The notes under the pieces are model-generated. The model saw nothing but the letters and a program-made list of their open reading frames with translations. It had not been told where the DNA came from and made no database searches. The position numbers and the translations under genes were made by a program. DNA of 64,000 nt from Balanoglossus misakiensis (Eukaryota > Animalia > Hemichordata), in NCBI GenBank assembly GCA_040954595.2, contig CM082589.2:7003186-7067185 (forward strand), written 5' to 3'. How positions within the stretch are numbered: position 1 is the stretch's first letter; every line of letters starts with the position of its first letter. Of the stretch, positions 51,455 to 64,000 are shown piece by piece.

Positions 51455-52509
51455 AAAATTTCACAACAACGTTTTGATATTCAAATGTATACAAATCTTG
51501 AAATGTAGGGACTGATGTTAAGCTGGTGGACTACTCAACAGTTAGAATATCGTCCTTTTCCTGAGTTTTATATAGGCCTACATGTTTTGGCTTACTCTTA
51601 ATCAATAATGTTAAACAGAGAGATAAAACAGGATTTTGTTCTAGTATAATACTTAAAGACTGTGTGATGGTGTTACTTTTTCAGTTAGGGGGTCTAAAAT
51701 ATTGTGGAAATTGCTGAGTCGGCACTTTTCTTGCACTTCTAATGCTATGAGTTTTCCTGTGGTGAAAATATCTGAACAATTCTATCAAAAAATCAAGCAC
51801 GATGAGATTGACATAGTGTTTCTTTATTATAATTTAATAATACTCCTCAACAGGGAAGGTGAGATTTAGATATCAGGAAGAACATTTCTGTCTCTTCAAA
51901 ATATCGTTCCCATGACAATGTGACTTGAGGCCTTATAGTTGTGATTGTCTCCATATTTGGAGTGCGTGAGTATTTCTGCATAGAGTTAAAATGCTAAGCT
52001 TCAGTGTTGTTTGGGGTCCATTGCATTTAACCACTGTTACAAGGAGACACTGTTCTTCGAATGTGGGGAGGGGCACTCTTATTAATTGCAATGTCTAGAA
52101 AGTAAATAAATATGACAGAACATCATGATCTCTACAGGCGATCTGTGCCGTACAGAATTTATTTTCATGAGTGATGTGGTGTATTCTGCGGCAGAATTAT
52201 TTACTATCTATCACGTGATCTGGCCATGTGACCCATAGCGTTGTCATTTCCAGGTGACGGGCAAGCAATATTTCGGCATTCAGTAAAAGTTTTTCCGAGT
52301 ATGTTTTTACTTTAGAACTGCCAGACACGTAACATGTATCAGGTATGGTGTCTCGTTCAGCCTCATGGTGTTTCGTCTGTACAGTCTTTGGCTGCACCAC
52401 CATGTTGAAGTTGCCCGTCATCTGGAAATTTGAATGCGAACGTAACTGCCGCCTGAGCGCATCTGACGTCATTTGATATCGAAGAAATACCTTCGTGACG
52501 CGTCTTGCT

Positions 52510-52644
52510 TAGTCAATTTTCGCGTTCTCTTATTTCATTCACTGCATCGTATCTTCAAAAACAATTTACGCGACTCTTTATTTTCACGCTATTTTGGCGT
52601 ATTTGGCGAAAATTAATTGCTCGCGAAAATAAAGTGTTTTACAG
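52510..52644. mobile_element. MITE family A, one-ended fragment
   Basis: Ends ctcgcgaaaataaagtgttttacag|TA. Confidence 0.78.
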
Positions 52645-53102
52645 TATGCACGTGACCTTTCACCTTCACCACTATTCACAGTGCATATATAGCATGTATA
52701 GGTTTGTTCATTTCCTTTCACGGTGTTATTGTAATGTTTGACAATGGTTTGTCGGTGTGGGTGTGAATACAGCGCCTACCCAGCGATTCAAATCACAATA
52801 GTAGCTATTTGCTGTACTTCTCATATTTTCTTGTGGGCTGTGTGAAAAAGACCCCGCTAGCGACGCGACGGTGCAACATATGACCTAAAGATGTACGGTC
52901 AGTAAAATTTGAAAGTATTGTCATTTTTTTAATTGTGGATTTTTGGATTCTCCTTTGTATGTATAATGAAAATCCGTAATAAAATATAGGGGTCACCGAG
53001 CTTGTTTTTGAAATACAGAGCCATGAATTTAGTCGATAATAGAAGAAAACTGCTGACTCAGCATGAAGATAATCTAGAAAATGTACTTTACAATGTACTT
53101 AC

Positions 53103-53560
53103 ATCTTTCATCACAGCAATGATAGTTTTTGTGACACGCTTTACTGATGAATGGACTGTCGATTTGGAGAGATTGAAAATGTGACCAACTTCTCTGATGG
53201 ATTCCTGGTTTACCATGTACCAAACCCATACCTATAATTGTTTTTTCTGGAGACACTTGAGGGCGGCCACCGCATTGTTCTATTGCCAGTTTGTGGGCGA
53301 TGCGACCCAGAACAAACGTGAAGATATCTTTGCAAATACGAAAATGGATGCAAAAATCTTGCAAAGAATACTGTGGTACGATATCTTGGGCAAATTTTTT
53401 TTATCTTCGGAACGTATTTTCGGCGCAAAAATAAACAGCTCAGAGAGGCAATGATGGCAGTATTTATCCGAAGTTGCAAAACTGCCGCAGAATCTAAAGA
53501 TTCATCAAAATCCTCAAAAAAAGTACGCAAAAACAAGAAATCTTCAAACTCAGACGCCAT
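53103..53560 (-). pseudogene. Harbinger transposase exon-1 fragment upstream of sulfotransferase copy 5
   Basis: MASEFEDFLFLRTFF...; includes the gtaagt donor. Confidence 0.88.
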
Positions 53561-53766
53561 ATTTGTTTACATGGGTTGCTAGGCCTATACATTGTACTTG
53601 TATCGTTCGTTTGACCTTCAAGTTCCCGGGTTACGCATGACTGGGATGACGTCAGCGCCAGCTACTCGGCCGGGTAACTCGACTTGAGATAGACTGACCT
53701 TGTTTTTTTTTGGCAGCCATTTTTGTCCGCTACCTGTATAGGTGGTGACAGAGAGAAAGTGCTACG

Positions 53767-55011
53767 ATGAAAAGACAACATAAATATATCGCTCTCGTTG
53801 GTGTGGTTACAGCGATTTTCGTGGTCACCGCCAAATTCAACATTTTTCAAGATTTACATGATGTGTTTAAACACAGCTCTAAGTCAGAAGGGACCGTCGG
53901 CGCGGACGATCTCTTCGCAATGAAGAACAAAGAAGGCGCCAGGCGAAAGAAGAATGTTTCAGATGTACAAAATATGGACGAAGGCAAAGGTAACGAATCA
54001 AGAATGGAGGCTCACCTACTACCGAAGCATTTAGAGAACGCTTATGGCGGCGTCCTCGCCGAAAATGTTACTTGTGAGATAAATAAGACAACGACCTGTG
54101 AAACGGTCTACGTACGACTTCACGGATGCCTGGCGGGAAAGCTCCTCGGCCGAGAACCGCTGCCGAATTTCTATCTGCTTGATGAGATAGACAAGGCGAC
54201 CACGCAGCGCATTTATCGTCAATCCAGCGTCGGGTTCGTGCACGTGCCGAAAGCAGGGGGTACGTCCGTGGAAGCGCTTTTGAAACGAATTGCCAAACGT
54301 TATCGGTGGAATCGTATGCACATTATGCACTGTGCCGAGTTTTTCAACGCAGCAACCAAATTCCACGACTGGAATAAAAGTGTGCTTTTAACTTCGAAAC
54401 GTACGTTTGGACTCCATAACTTCATGAATCCCTCTGTTCCTTTCTTCTACCTGACGTGGTTTAGACACCCCATCTCTCGTAGTATATCTGCCTATTTTTA
54501 CGTCAAGAAAATGCGTCGAAAATCTCACAGCCTTTATCCAAAATACATATTTGACTCGAAAAATCTCACTGACTGTCTAGAAAAGTCGAAAGGCATCCAA
54601 TTCCAAGAGTTTGACAACTACGCGGTGCGTTTGATGCAGTTTGGGGACTACCCGGTCATCGACACGACATTCGAAGACTGTTGCGGAGCCTACACGGATG
54701 GTGTCACTCAAATAGCGGAAGTGACCGAGGAACACTACCTGGTTGCTAAGCAGAATCTGGAAACCAAGATGGCGTTCGTCGGTCTCTTGGAAGATTTCAA
54801 GACATCACAGGACATGTTGTGCTTCATTTTAAAAACCCCTTGCCCGAAAGAAGACGTGCACGTGAACTCCAATAAACACCAACATGAACTGACCGACTTT
54901 GAGAGGACGGAACTTGAGCGAAGAAACCACTGGGACATCAAATTGTACGAAGATGCAAAACGGATTTATGAAAAACAGAAAGCAAAATATTTGGAACTTA
55001 TCCGTCAATGA
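53767..55011 (+). CDS. Sulfotransferase copy 5, type A
   Basis: 414 aa, intact motifs. Confidence 0.9.
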   Translation: MKRQHKYIALVGVVTAIFVVTAKFNIFQDLHDVFKHSSKSEGTVGADDLFAMKNKEGARRKKNVSDVQNMDEGKGNESRMEAHLLPKHLENAYGGVLAENVTCEINKTTTCETVYVRLHGCLAGKLLGREPLPNFYLLDEIDKATTQRIYRQSSVGFVHVPKAGGTSVEALLKRIAKRYRWNRMHIMHCAEFFNAATKFHDWNKSVLLTSKRTFGLHNFMNPSVPFFYLTWFRHPISRSISAYFYVKKMRRKSHSLYPKYIFDSKNLTDCLEKSKGIQFQEFDNYAVRLMQFGDYPVIDTTFEDCCGAYTDGVTQIAEVTEEHYLVAKQNLETKMAFVGLLEDFKTSQDMLCFILKTPCPKEDVHVNSNKHQHELTDFERTELERRNHWDIKLYEDAKRIYEKQKAKYLELIRQ

Positions 55012-58000
55012 AAAATTTCACAACAACGTTTTGATATTCAAATGTATACAAATCTTGAAATGTAGGGACTGATGTTAAGCTGGTGGACTACTCAACAGTT
55101 AGAATATCGTCCTTTTCCTGAGTTTTATATAGGCCTACATGTTTTGGCTTACTCTTAATCAATAATGTTAAACAGAGAGATAAAACAGGATTTTGTTCTA
55201 GTATAATACTTAAAGACTGTGTGATGGTGTTACTTTTTCAGTTAGGGGGTCTAAAATATTGTGGAAATTGCTGAGTCGGCACTTTTCTTGCACTTCTAAT
55301 GCTATGAGTTTTCCTATGGTGAAAATATCTGAACAATTCTATCAAAAAATCAAGCACGATGAGATTGACATAGTGTTTCTTTATTATAATTTAATAATAC
55401 TCCTCAACAGGGAAGGCGAGATTTAGATACCAGGAAAAACATTTCTGTCTCGCGGGAAAGCTCCTCGGCCGAGAACCGCTGCCGAATTTCTATCTGCTTG
55501 ACGCGTTAGACAACGCAACCACGCAGACGTGCACGCGAACTCAAATAAACACCAACATGAACTGACCGACTTTGAGAGGACGGAACTTGAGCGAAGAAAC
55601 CACTGGGACATCAAACTATATGAAGATGCAAAACGGACTTATGAAAAACAGAAAGCAAAATATGTGGAAATTATCCGTCAATGAAAAACTTCATAGCGAT
55701 ATTTGGATATTGAATTGAACACGGGTGAAACACCATCAACCGGAAACTTTCACTGTCCGTTTTAGGGACCGTTCAGTTTTTACGGCTGGGGGGTGGCCTG
55801 ATTTTGAAAACCGATGACACAAACTTGCCGCCCCCCCCCAGCCGTAAAAAACTGAACGGTCCCTTAGTTCAATGTTCTGAACATGCTCACGTTGCCATTC
55901 AGTTCAGTTCTGCAGTCAACCTGTTATGCTTCTTCTCTGGAGGGATTATATAGAAATTTCATCTAGTTCTGTATTATAAAAACTTGATTCAGAGAAAATA
56001 AATACTTGAATAAATGACATCAAAACTTCAGGCAACGATCTCGTCATGTACACGCTCCCCCCCCCCCCCGTCATTCGTTGTTTCGTAGTCACGCCATACA
56101 TCGACAGTGATAAGCTCTGTCCGTTCATTACACTAGAAATTACACGCATAGTTCTGTCTGTCCGAAGAAAGAGTCTCATATATGGTAGTCCGTTTTAAAG
56201 GCACGTAAGCTGCAACTGGATAAAAAATCAATGTTTTAAATAATCTCATATATGCTTTTAATTATATCTATTAAATGCTATTTCATGATAATATATCAAG
56301 CCCAACACTTATTTATGACAAAATGGCCAAAAATTAAAGAAAAACGAAAATTCCTGAAATTTTTTAAAAAGTGCAATATTGCAATGAAAAATGAAAATCT
56401 GATGTCTCAGTGGTGTACATTTACTTCCATGAGCTATAGTGGATGAGATCATGTTTTGTTTATGAAGTTTCACAACCCGAAATGCGACATTTTCATTGTT
56501 TCTTTCATTTTCCCACGGTGGCGGCCATAATCGCTTGCGGCAAAGCTTTATTATTTATCTGGTTAAAACTTGCATATGCACTCATATTTAGGGTTTATAA
56601 TGCTTGTGTATAGTTCACTGCCTTTATCTGCATGGACTAATGGTAGTACAGTTTGAAACAAAAATTATGGGTCCAGATAGGACTTATGCTCGTAGATGGT
56701 CTCACTGGAAACTGCCTGGGATAACTGACTTTTGTTTTCCGGATGTATGGCCCCCTTATCCCAAATGGCCTCGCATGCTATTTCTGACTCCCCTCCCTGG
56801 GATTGGGTTCGATCCCTTGTATTCTTTTCCATGGAGGTGGCGCTATTCTCCCATGGGTCGGCAATGGCACATGGAGACCCCAGTGCTGGGCATGGCATTA
56901 TACGTTTCCTTGCCTCCCCCCTTGGACTGTTCTAAATGGTCAGTGAAAATAACTGTTTCCTCCTCAGACCGTGAGTGCACTTTTCCAACTTCCCCATAAT
57001 TGTAATCTCCCCCTAGTGAGAGCGATTGTGGGCATGTATAGACTATGGCTATGAGGTGGTAGTTCATACTGTGTGTTGTATGGACTAGCTGGGTTTGGCA
57101 TATGCCTCACTGAATATGGGGGTGGTGGCGTATAATGTCTGGTAAACCCTTCCAGTTCATGTTGAGGGACTGTTCCTGCGAACTCTTCAGGATAATGGTT
57201 CTGATCCCACCCCCTTGGTGCTGTGACATAAGTGTCAACACTATCCCTATCCCATGGCTCCCCATAATTGAAAACACCCCGTCCCCAAGGCCCTCCCTCA
57301 CCCAGACTTGGATCATGCCTTGGGTTTTCGTTCATTTGTGAGAAACCACTTGAATTCTGGGGCTTGTGATCTCCATTCGGGCACCCCTATGTTCTTCATT
57401 TGGGTCTGAAAATTGAACTTCGTGTCTGAAAGTGTTTCTGGGCATGGGTTCATGGGCGTCATTTCCCCAACACCAATAAGAAAGTGTGGGTTGACTCCCT
57501 TCCCTGCCACGAACACTATGGGATCTGCTGTTGTCATGAACACTATGTGATCTGCTGTTGTCATATTCGCCTACCCTAGGAGGGCAACTTCTTTTGGCAT
57601 TTACACCAGGGCTCCTATTCATGTAACTGTCTGATGAATAGTCAGTACGGGGGGAATTTCCCGTTTTTGTTACCCCAGAGATTCAACTTCAATTCAAAAG
57701 GCAGGAAAAGTTTCTGCGCATGCGCGGAACGCTTGTCCGAAACACGTTTTTCTGGAGTGAGGGTCGCTAAAAATAGAACCACAGACAAATTAGGCGGTCA
57801 TCTTTTGGAATCAGGAGCCAGGGCACGATTAGTTGACCTCTAACCTCAGTGACCGCGCGTACATCCTTATGCGCATAAATCAGCGTTTGCGTCGGGGTTC
57901 AGAGGTGGCCTGTAAATACCGAGAGAGTCATTCTTCAGACCCCCACCCCACCAGGCCATTTTTCTTCGACATGAGCCCCCTTTCAAACGAATAAAAATCT

Positions 58001-60286
58001 CCAATATCACCATCATTATCATAAACATGAGAACCATATTACGGCTATGCGCTACCCGCAAACCATCATCAGTATTCACTGACCTTGATTTGCCGCGCTG
58101 CTCAAGATGAAGGGTCGTAAAATTTATAAGACGCAGTGTTCAGCGAACGTTAACCCAGACATGGCCGCTCATTGGACAAACTGACGCAACCTTTGTTATG
58201 CAAAGTAGGGTCAAATCGGGTGACTTGTTAAAGAAACTTTCAACTAATTAAACTTCATTAAAGATTTTAATGTCGTCTTTAACTCTCAGCTCCCGGGTTA
58301 CGCATGCTAACTAGATGGGATGACGTCAGCACCAGCTACTCGAGTTCCCCACCAGTTGCTTAAGACCTTGTGTTTATTTGCCAAGCGCAGCCATTTTTGT
58401 CCGCTACCTGTATAGGTGTGGCAGGGCCAGTTCATGTGACAGAGAGAAAGTGCTACGATGAAAAGACAACATAAATATATCGCTCTCGTTGGTGTGGTTA
58501 CAGCGATTTTCGTGGTCACCGCCAAATTCAACATTTTTCAAGATTTACATGATGTGTTTAAACGCGATGCGACCCAGAACAAACGTGAAGATATCTTTGC
58601 AAATACGAAAATGGATGCAAAAATCTTGCAAAGAATGTATTGTGGTACGATATCTTCGGCATTTTTTTTATCTTCGGAACGTATTTTCGGCGCAAAAATA
58701 AACAGCTCAGAGAGGCAATGATGGCAGTATTTATCCGAAGTTGCAAAACTGCCGCAGAATCTAAAGATTCATCAAAATCCTCAAAAAAAGTACGCAAAAA
58801 CAAGAAATCTTCAAACTCAGACGCCATATTTGTTGGGTTGCTAGGCCTATACTTGTATCGTTCGTTTTAACTCCCAGCTCCCGGGTTACGCATGCTAACT
58901 AGATGGGATGACGTCAGCGCCAGCTACTCGAGTTCCCCACCAGTTGCTTTAGACCTTTATTTGCCAAGCGCAGCCATTTTTGTCCGCTACCTGTATAGGT
59001 GGTGGCAGGGCCAGTTCATGTGACAGAGAGAAAGTACTACGATGAAAAGACAACATAAATATATCGCTCTCGTTGGTGTGGTTACAGCGATTTTCGTGGT
59101 CACCGCCAAATTCAACATTTTTCAAGATTTACATGATGTGTTTAAACACAGCTCTAAGTCAGAAGGGACGGGCGGCGCGGACGATCTCTTCGCAATGAAG
59201 AACAAAGAAGGCGCCACGCGAAAGAAGAATGTTTCAGATGTACAATATATGGACGAAGGCAAAGGTAACGAATCAAGAATGGAGGCTCACCTACTACCGA
59301 AGCATTTAGAGAACGCTTATGGCGGCGTCCGCGCCGAAAATGTTACTTGTGAGATAAATAAGACAACGACCTGTGAAACGGTCTACGTACGACTTCACGG
59401 ATGCCTGGCGGGAAAGCTCCTCGGCCGAGAACCGCTGCCGAATTTCTATCTGCTTGATGAGATAGACAAGGCGACCACGCAGCGCATTTATCGTCAATCC
59501 AGCGTCGGGTTCGTGCACGTGCCGAAAGCAGGGGGTACGTCCGTGGAAGCGCTTTTGAAACGAATTGCCAAACGTTATCGGTGGAATCGTATGCACATTA
59601 TGCACTGTGCCGAGTTTTTCAACGCAGCAACCAAATTCCACGACTGGAATAAAAGTGTGCTTTTAACTTCGAAGCGTACGTTTGGACTCCATAACTTCAT
59701 GAATCCCTCTGTTCCTTTCTTCTACCTGACGTGGTTTAGACACCCCATCTCTCGTAGTATATCTGCCTATTTTTACGTCAAGAAAATGCGTCGAAAATCT
59801 CACAGCCTTTATCCAAAATACATATTTGACTCGAAAAATCTCACTGACTGTCTAGAAAAGTCGAAAGGCATCCAATTCCAAGAGTTTGACAACTACGCGG
59901 TGCGTTTGATGCAGTTTGGGGACTACCCGGTCATCGACACGACATTCGAAGACTGTTGCGGAGCCTACAAGGATGGTGTCACTCAAATAGCGGAAGTGAC
60001 CGAGGAACACTACCTGGTTGCTAAGCAGAATCTGGAAACCAAGATGGCGTTCGTCGGTCTCTTGGAAGATTTCAAGACATCACAGGACATGTTGTGCTTC
60101 ATTTTAAAAACCCCTTGCCCGAAAGAAGACGTGCACGTGAACTCCAATAAACACCAACATGAACTGACCGACTTTGAGAGGACGGAACTTGAGCGAAGAA
60201 ACCACTGGGACATCAAATTGTACGAAGATGCAAAACGGATTTATGAAAAACAGAAAGCAAAATATTTGGAACTTATCCGTCAATGA
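55012..60286 (+). repeat. Segmental duplication, copy 2
   Basis: Matches 46170-51454. Includes deleted fragment 55452-55684, MITE 55765-55863 and stub/transposase fusion 58458-58827. Confidence 0.93.
59042..60286 (+). CDS. Sulfotransferase copy 6, type A
   Basis: 414 aa, intact motifs. Confidence 0.9.
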   Translation: MKRQHKYIALVGVVTAIFVVTAKFNIFQDLHDVFKHSSKSEGTGGADDLFAMKNKEGATRKKNVSDVQYMDEGKGNESRMEAHLLPKHLENAYGGVRAENVTCEINKTTTCETVYVRLHGCLAGKLLGREPLPNFYLLDEIDKATTQRIYRQSSVGFVHVPKAGGTSVEALLKRIAKRYRWNRMHIMHCAEFFNAATKFHDWNKSVLLTSKRTFGLHNFMNPSVPFFYLTWFRHPISRSISAYFYVKKMRRKSHSLYPKYIFDSKNLTDCLEKSKGIQFQEFDNYAVRLMQFGDYPVIDTTFEDCCGAYKDGVTQIAEVTEEHYLVAKQNLETKMAFVGLLEDFKTSQDMLCFILKTPCPKEDVHVNSNKHQHELTDFERTELERRNHWDIKLYEDAKRIYEKQKAKYLELIRQ

Positions 60287-61270
60287 AAAATTTCACAACA
60301 ACGTTTTGATATTCAAATGTATACAAATCTTGAAATGTAGGGACTGATGGACTACTCAACAGTTAGAATATCGTCCTTTTCCTGAGTTTTATGTAGGCCT
60401 ACATGTTTTGGCTTACTCTTAATCAATAATGTTAAACAGAGAGATAAAACAGGATTTTGTTCTAGTATAATACTTAAAGACTGTGTGATGGTGTTACTTT
60501 TTCAGTTAGGGGGTCTAAAATATTGTGGAAATTGCCGAGTCGGCACTTTTCTTGCACTTCTAATGCTATGAGTTTTCCTATGGTGAAAATATCTGAACAA
60601 TTCTATCAAAAAATCAAGCACGATGAGATTGACATAGTGTTTCTTTATTATAATTTTTAATAATACTTCTCAACAGGGAAGGCGAGATTTAGATATCAGG
60701 AAGAACATTTCTGTCTCTTCAAAATATCGTTCCCATGACAATGTGACTTGAGGCCTTATAGTTGTGATTGTCTCCATATTTGGAGTGCGTGAGTATTTCT
60801 GCATAGAGTTAAAATGCTAAGCTTCAGTGTTGTTTGGGGGTCCATTGCATTTAACCACAGTTACAAGGAGACACTGTTCTTTGAATGTGGGGAGGGGCAC
60901 TCTTATTAATTGCAATGTCTAGAAAGTAAATAAATGACAGAACTTCATGATCTCTACAGGCGATCTGTGCCGTACAGAATTTATTTTCATGAGTGATGTG
61001 GTGTATTCTGCGGCAGAATTCTTTACTATCATCACTGACCTTGATTTGCCGCGCTGCTCAAGATGAAGGGTCGTAAAATTTATAAGACGCAGTGTTCAGC
61101 GAACCCAGATATGGCCGTGGACAAACTGACGCAACCTTTGTTATGCAAAGTAGGGTCAAATCGGGTGATTCACCTGAGGTCGCGAGATCGCACAGGTAAA
61201 TTTTGAAAATACTGCTGGCGATAACGAGAGTTTTTTCGCAATTTTTGAGGTTCCAAAACACACTGACAAT
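60287..61270 (+). repeat. Duplicate of copy-1 3' flank (39504-~40490)
   Basis: Shares the ggactgatggactactc deletion form and the downstream sequence with copy 1. Confidence 0.88.
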
Positions 61271-61290
61271 CATTTTTAGTAACAATGCAT

Positions 61291-62094
61291 ATTTATCGTC
61301 AATCCAGCGTCGGGTTCGTGCACCTGCCGAAAGCAGGTGGTACGTCCGTGTAAGCGGTTCTGAGAAAACTCGACAAAAGTCAATGGAAAAATTTGAGCGT
61401 CGTGCACTGTGCCCAGTTTTTCAACGCAGCAACCAAATTCCACAACTGGAATAAAAGTGTGCTTTTAACTTCGAAACGTACGTTTGGACTCCATAACTTC
61501 ATGAATCCCTCTGTTCCTTTCTTCTACCTGACGTGGTTTAGACACCCCGTCTCCCGTAGTATATCTGCCTATTTTTACGTCAAGAAAATGCGTCGAAAAT
61601 CTCACAGCCTTTATCCAAAATACATATTTGACTCGAAAAATCTCACTGACTGTCTAGAAAAGTCGAAAGGCATCCAATTCCAAGAGTTTGACAACTACGC
61701 GGTGCGTTTGATGCAGTTTGGGGACTACCCGGTCATCGACACGACATTCGAAGACTGTTGCGGAGCCTACACGGATGGTGTCACTCAAATACCGGAAGTG
61801 ACCGAGGAACACTACCTGGTTGCTAAGCAGAATCTGGAATCCAAGATGGCGTTCGTCGGTCTCTTGGAAGATTTCAAGACATCACAGGACATGTTGTGCT
61901 TCATGTTACAAATCCCCTGTCCGAAAGAAGAGGTGCACGTGAACTCCAATAAACACCAACATGAACTGACCGACTTTGAGAGGACGGAACTTGAGCGAAG
62001 AAACCACTGGGACATCAAATTGTACGAAGATGCAAAACGGATTTATGAAAAACAGAAAGCAAAATATTTGGAAGAAGTAGACAAAGACAACTAG
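61291..62094 (+). pseudogene. Sulfotransferase copy 7: 5'-truncated, with in-frame stop
   Basis: RQSSVGFVHLPKAGGTSV*AVLRKLDKSQWKNLSVVHCAQFF (TAA at 61351-61353); no signal anchor; unique tail EEVDKDN. Confidence 0.87.
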
Positions 62095-62944
62095 AAATTT
62101 GATGAATGTTTTGTTGATGTTTTTCCGTTTATAGTGTATCGTGTATGTTAACCCTTTCACCACCATGATTCGGTCCAAATCCATTGCTTTGTTTTTTGTA
62201 AGGGGTGGGTCATTGGATATCTTGTTTCAAACAATGGTGATAAAAATTTGACTCCATACACATTTCCAGCTCTCCCCCAAAATAATATTCGTTATCCCTA
62301 AAGATAAAATTGCTCCATTGACACAAAATGTATTTTATACGCGGGGGGGGGGGGGGGGGCTCTCAAGAGGTTATCTCACCCCCCCCCCCCGTGGTGAGTA
62401 ATATAATCTTCCTATATTCAATCATATTCATAGGCAGTCTCTCTGGGGCACGCCTTAACCAAATACCTTAGAAGTTGCTTCTAAAAAGTGTATTTACATA
62501 GAACTGTATATGTGATTCTTTCTGATGAAGATACTGGTAATAAAATAACCTGTTTAAAGACTGTTACCATCAGAAAACGAGATTTCGGTCACGCTGAATC
62601 GAATATTTATTTTTACCCTGCAGGGTCAACCTACAATGTGTCCCATGTTGATATGCAGTGCTATATACAGGTTGGTCTGTTGAACGATGCTACGTCATAG
62701 ACCCTATTTTCTATTACATGTATTTCAAATGTTTAATAGTAGGCCAGTCAAATTAAATCACCCAGTAATATTGGTAAAAAAAACGAAAAATGAGTATCAG
62801 TATATTTTATTATGAAAAGCAAACTAAGCATAATTTCAAATTCGAATGCGTGGATTTCGTCTTGTTATTCGGCGATTTAATTGGTGGCCGCAATCTGCCA
62901 AAGTGACGGATTGCAATATACCTTAATTAATATAGCTTTATTAA

Positions 62945-63129
62945 AGGTATACAGTCACCTCCAATTTACATACGCCCGTATAAGGCTGAAATGGCGTATT
63001 TGAGTGTTCTAAAGAACATATGGTGGCGCTCTTTTTTTCGCGTGTGCCACCCACTGAAAATCTGTGATTGGCTAGATCTCAATTTGCCATGGTAACTATA
63101 GCTATTTTTCCATAGGTGACCGTATACCT
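62945..63129. mobile_element. MITE family C, second copy
   Basis: TTAA|aggtatacagtcacct...aggtgaccgtatacct|TTAA; inverted relative to 28085. Confidence 0.88.
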
Positions 63130-64000
63130 TTAATGGTCTTGTTGTGTTTTTTAACCATATCTTGTTTCTGCAGGCCTGCAGTCTCCGTCTGCATGCGCAG
63201 TTGCACGCGTTGCACTCGAAACCAGACGCGCGGCACAGATAAAATCTAGTTTGTCGTGTGCGAAATGACACGATTTTATCAGACTGCAGACGAGCGGTCA
63301 CGTGACCCTCCATCATCGCCGGCAGGGCATTCCACTTCCACTCGCGTAGTTTCACGATGCTGGTGTTTGTATTGTTATGCATTTTGTGTTTGTTAGTTTT
63401 TTTCCCGTCGTGGTTTCTCTCTGCAGTTGTATGACAACCACAGACCCAGTTATATGACGTCTGTAGGCCTATATTTTTCTTATTCTCTGCGTATCGTCGA
63501 CACTCTATATTTCGACAAGAATTTAAGAAAATAGAAGCATATGCACTACGATCGCAATATTACGGTTTATGCCCTGTAAAATGAACGGTCAGCAGGTCGA
63601 AGAGACAGTGGGCGCTGTGTATACAATGCATGAAATTACACCTGCAATGTTGTAAAGCATAAAGGAAACAAACTCAAGTCGCCATTTTGAAAGGGAGCTT
63701 GAATCATAATCTGTCTTACGTAACATTTTCAATTGCCGTTGTCGCGACAAAAGGCAGAATAATGCAGTCGCTTTCACTTCTGTCAACACACGGAGCTTGT
63801 CACACCGCGAGATGTTGCCACGTTGACCTTCCAGAATCGCTTCGGTCAAGAAGATCGCGGTCCGGCTATCCACCTGCGCGAAATCACCACCGTTGTGAAT
63901 ATTGTTACCTAGTGACGCCTTGACCGACGCTCATTTTGTGGCTTCAAACCGTCAATCTTGGAATCTCCGGTGCGAATTCATTAGTGTGTATCAACGGCAG

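Noticed and set aside
61393-62094. 233-aa ORF as a functional soluble sulfotransferase
   Set aside because: Starts at TTG downstream of an in-frame stop and lacks the 5'-PSB motif.
62343-62390. PolyG/polyC hairpin
   Set aside because: Homopolymer runs are common across the window; no further support.

Overview
Eukaryotic (invertebrate metazoan-like) genomic DNA with spliceosomal introns; the ORF track misses the main genes. Left half: a divergent gene pair. NCOA6 lies on the minus strand (ATG 5542; a >4.9-kb coding exon runs off the window). A complete NRBP/Madm pseudokinase lies on the plus strand (13 coding exons, 7837-28900, 505 aa). NRBP exons 8-12 are bracketed by a 125-bp near-perfect intronic inverted repeat. 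Right half: a decayed PIF/Harbinger element (Myb/SANT-like gene on +, intron-containing transposase on -, both hit by nested insertions, one with a hammerhead-like motif). Next to it is a tandem array of single-exon Golgi-type sulfotransferases: 6 intact ORFs, 1 pseudogene, 4 fragments. Five of the six intact copies sit head-to-head about 200 bp from a co-amplified 5' piece of the dead transposase; the longest, ancestral-looking copy does not. The copies are mosaics of at least two catalytic-domain types. Many MITE families are scattered throughout. All coordinates were read by eye; family calls come from remembered motifs, not database searches.
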